A stretch of 50,158 nucleotides of DNA from Elusimicrobiota bacterium (lineage in GTDB: Bacteria; Elusimicrobiota; Elusimicrobia; Elusimicrobiales; UBA9959), in NCBI GenBank assembly GCA_037137395.1, contig JBAXKK010000007.1, positions 1 to 50,158 of the forward strand, in the 5' to 3' direction. The position numbers and the translations under genes are program-made. This document shows positions 48,662-50,158 of the stretch, piece by piece (positions within the stretch are counted from its first letter, which is position 1; each line of letters begins with the position of its first letter). A model generated the notes under the pieces. The model saw only the letters and a program-made list of their open reading frames with translations. It had not been told where the DNA came from and made no database searches.

Positions 48662-49798
48662 TTAGATGATAAAATCCAGGAAGTTTTCTTGGGTGATTAC
48701 TTTATAGGTTGCGTTTTTATATGTTTCAAGCCACTCTTTCGGGGCCTTCGGCTGCTTGGCTCCCCATTTTATTTCATACCCGGCCAGTTTGCCGTTGCGC
48801 TCTTCAACCCAATCAACCTCTTTCTTGTCGTATGTGCGCCAGAAATAATTATTTGAAATAATGCCTGAGTATTTCTGTTTTTTTAAGCGCTCCATTACAA
48901 TATAGTTTTCCCATATCATTCCTATATCGTCCCGTAGACGCGGTGGATTAAAATTATTTATCAGAGAATTGCGGATGCCGTTATCAACAAAATAATAGCG
49001 GGAGGTTTTATACACCTCTTTGCGCAGGTTCCGGCTGAAGCCTCTGATATTCACTATTACGAAGGATTTTTCCAGCAGGTCCAGGTACCTGGCCACGGTG
49101 TTTTTATGCAGGTCGAGGTTGTTGCCGAGTTCCGCAAGAGAAACCTCATGGCCTATCTGGAAGGCAAGCAGGATAAGCAAGTCCTTTAATTTTTTCGCGC
49201 CTCTTATGGTGTCAAGTTCAAGAATATCTTTAAAAAGATAGGATCCGGCCAGCGTGTCCAGGTATTCCTGGCGTTGTTTCATGGAGGGCAACGAGAATAA
49301 TTCGGGGTAGCCGCCGTATATAAGATGCTGCTCAAAAATGGAATGGTAATAAGCGGCGCCCTTGGTTAATATCAGCTCGCCGGCGGAAACAGGGTACAGA
49401 TTAACTGTCTTATGCCTGCCGGTAAGAGGTTCCCCGACTTTTTGCGCCAGGTCGAAAGAGGCCGAGCCGCTTACGACAACCTTCAATCCGGGGTTGGTGT
49501 CGACTATTAATTTCAGCGTAGCGCCGATAGAGGGGATCTTCTGTGCCTCATCTATCATCAGCAGCGTGGCGTCGCCTATATAGGCGCACAGCTTTTCAGG
49601 GATATTTGTGGAGAACTGCTCCTGCACGGATCCGCTTTCGCCATTGAGAAAGAGTATTTTCTCTTTCGGGGATAATGTTTTTTTTAGCTGGTCAAACAGA
49701 AAAGTCTTGCCGGTGCGGCGCGTGCCGTAAAGAATTAAGACTTTTCCTTTTTGAAGCTTTTCGGTTAATTGTTTTGCGGCTATGCGGTTTATAATCAT
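48662..49798 (-). CDS. AAA_14 ATPase with DUF4143 C-terminal domain
   Basis: YGTRRTGKT, IDEAQ, SGSAS, EPLTGR, YGGYP, YFVDNGIRN, FWRT..KEVDWV..YEIKW. Confidence 0.9.
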   Translation of the reverse strand: MIINRIAAKQLTEKLQKGKVLILYGTRRTGKTFLFDQLKKTLSPKEKILFLNGESGSVQEQFSTNIPEKLCAYIGDATLLMIDEAQKIPSIGATLKLIVDTNPGLKVVVSGSASFDLAQKVGEPLTGRHKTVNLYPVSAGELILTKGAAYYHSIFEQHLIYGGYPELFSLPSMKQRQEYLDTLAGSYLFKDILELDTIRGAKKLKDLLILLAFQIGHEVSLAELGNNLDLHKNTVARYLDLLEKSFVIVNIRGFSRNLRKEVYKTSRYYFVDNGIRNSLINNFNPPRLRDDIGMIWENYIVMERLKKQKYSGIISNNYFWRTYDKKEVDWVEERNGKLAGYEIKWGAKQPKAPKEWLETYKNATYKVITQENFLDFII

Positions 49799-50054
49799 AG
49801 GTTAACACAAGCACCACGGTGTCCCAATTATAGTAAATACGGGCACTCCGAGCAATATGGTTTGCAACATATGACGCTTCAATTCAGGCGCGGCCGGGGC
49901 CAGGTTGAAATTTAGCATTTCAACAATGTAATTCCAGAAATCAAGGGTTGTCGTAGTGCCGGAGCGCCGGATCGTTCATATAACGACGCTTGGGGTGTAG
50001 GCGAACGAGGGGGGGCTAATTTACTCCTGCTGTTGGTGCGCTCGAAATGGAAAT

Positions 50055-50158
50055 TCCCCGGAAACCTTTTAATAAATTATTCTTGCTCTCTTTCTGGTCG
50101 CCGGCGCCGCCCCATCCTTCTGATTGAGATATAATCTTGCCGTCCTGTAAAAAGTAAA
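50055..50158. repeat. Right copy of the terminal inverted repeat; 3' end of truncated minus-strand CDS (...SIRRMGRRRRPEREQE*, stop 50077-50079)
   Basis: Reverse complement of 1-104. Confidence 0.9.

Overview
A 50-kb piece of bacterial chromosome around the replication origin, probably a whole metagenomic contig. The gene style suggests Elusimicrobiota, but that is a weak inference. Left (1-14 kb): housekeeping genes (nadA, GDPD, PHP, NifU-like, PduO, argS, rsfS, cNMP protein, pilT, LytR_C, nadD-yqeK, DUF2064, tldE/tldD). Centre: a putative oriC with dnaA-dnaN-DUF721-gyrB-gyrA, then marC and ettA. The best candidate novel system is at 25.3-30.0 kb. A signal-peptide, single-pass membrane protein ends in a predicted cytoplasmic (Cys-His-x-Ala)7-Cys tail. 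It is directly followed by an RRE-like radical SAM/SPASM enzyme and an overlapping membrane protein, suggesting a ranthipeptide-like core fused to a membrane protein. Next comes nifU-nifS, bracketed by two inverted copies of a hairpin-rich ~150-bp core repeat, then tRNA-Ile2. The accessory right arm holds a secreted pentein/deiminase-like protein, an SGNH hydrolase, a beta-barrel, an araB-araA-araD-galM-SSS-GH2-GH128 cluster, a tRNA-Cys truncated at the anticodon loop (att-like) and an AAA_14/DUF4143 ATPase. The two window ends are inverted copies of the same gene 3' end. All calls come from motif recognition by eye; no database searches were run.
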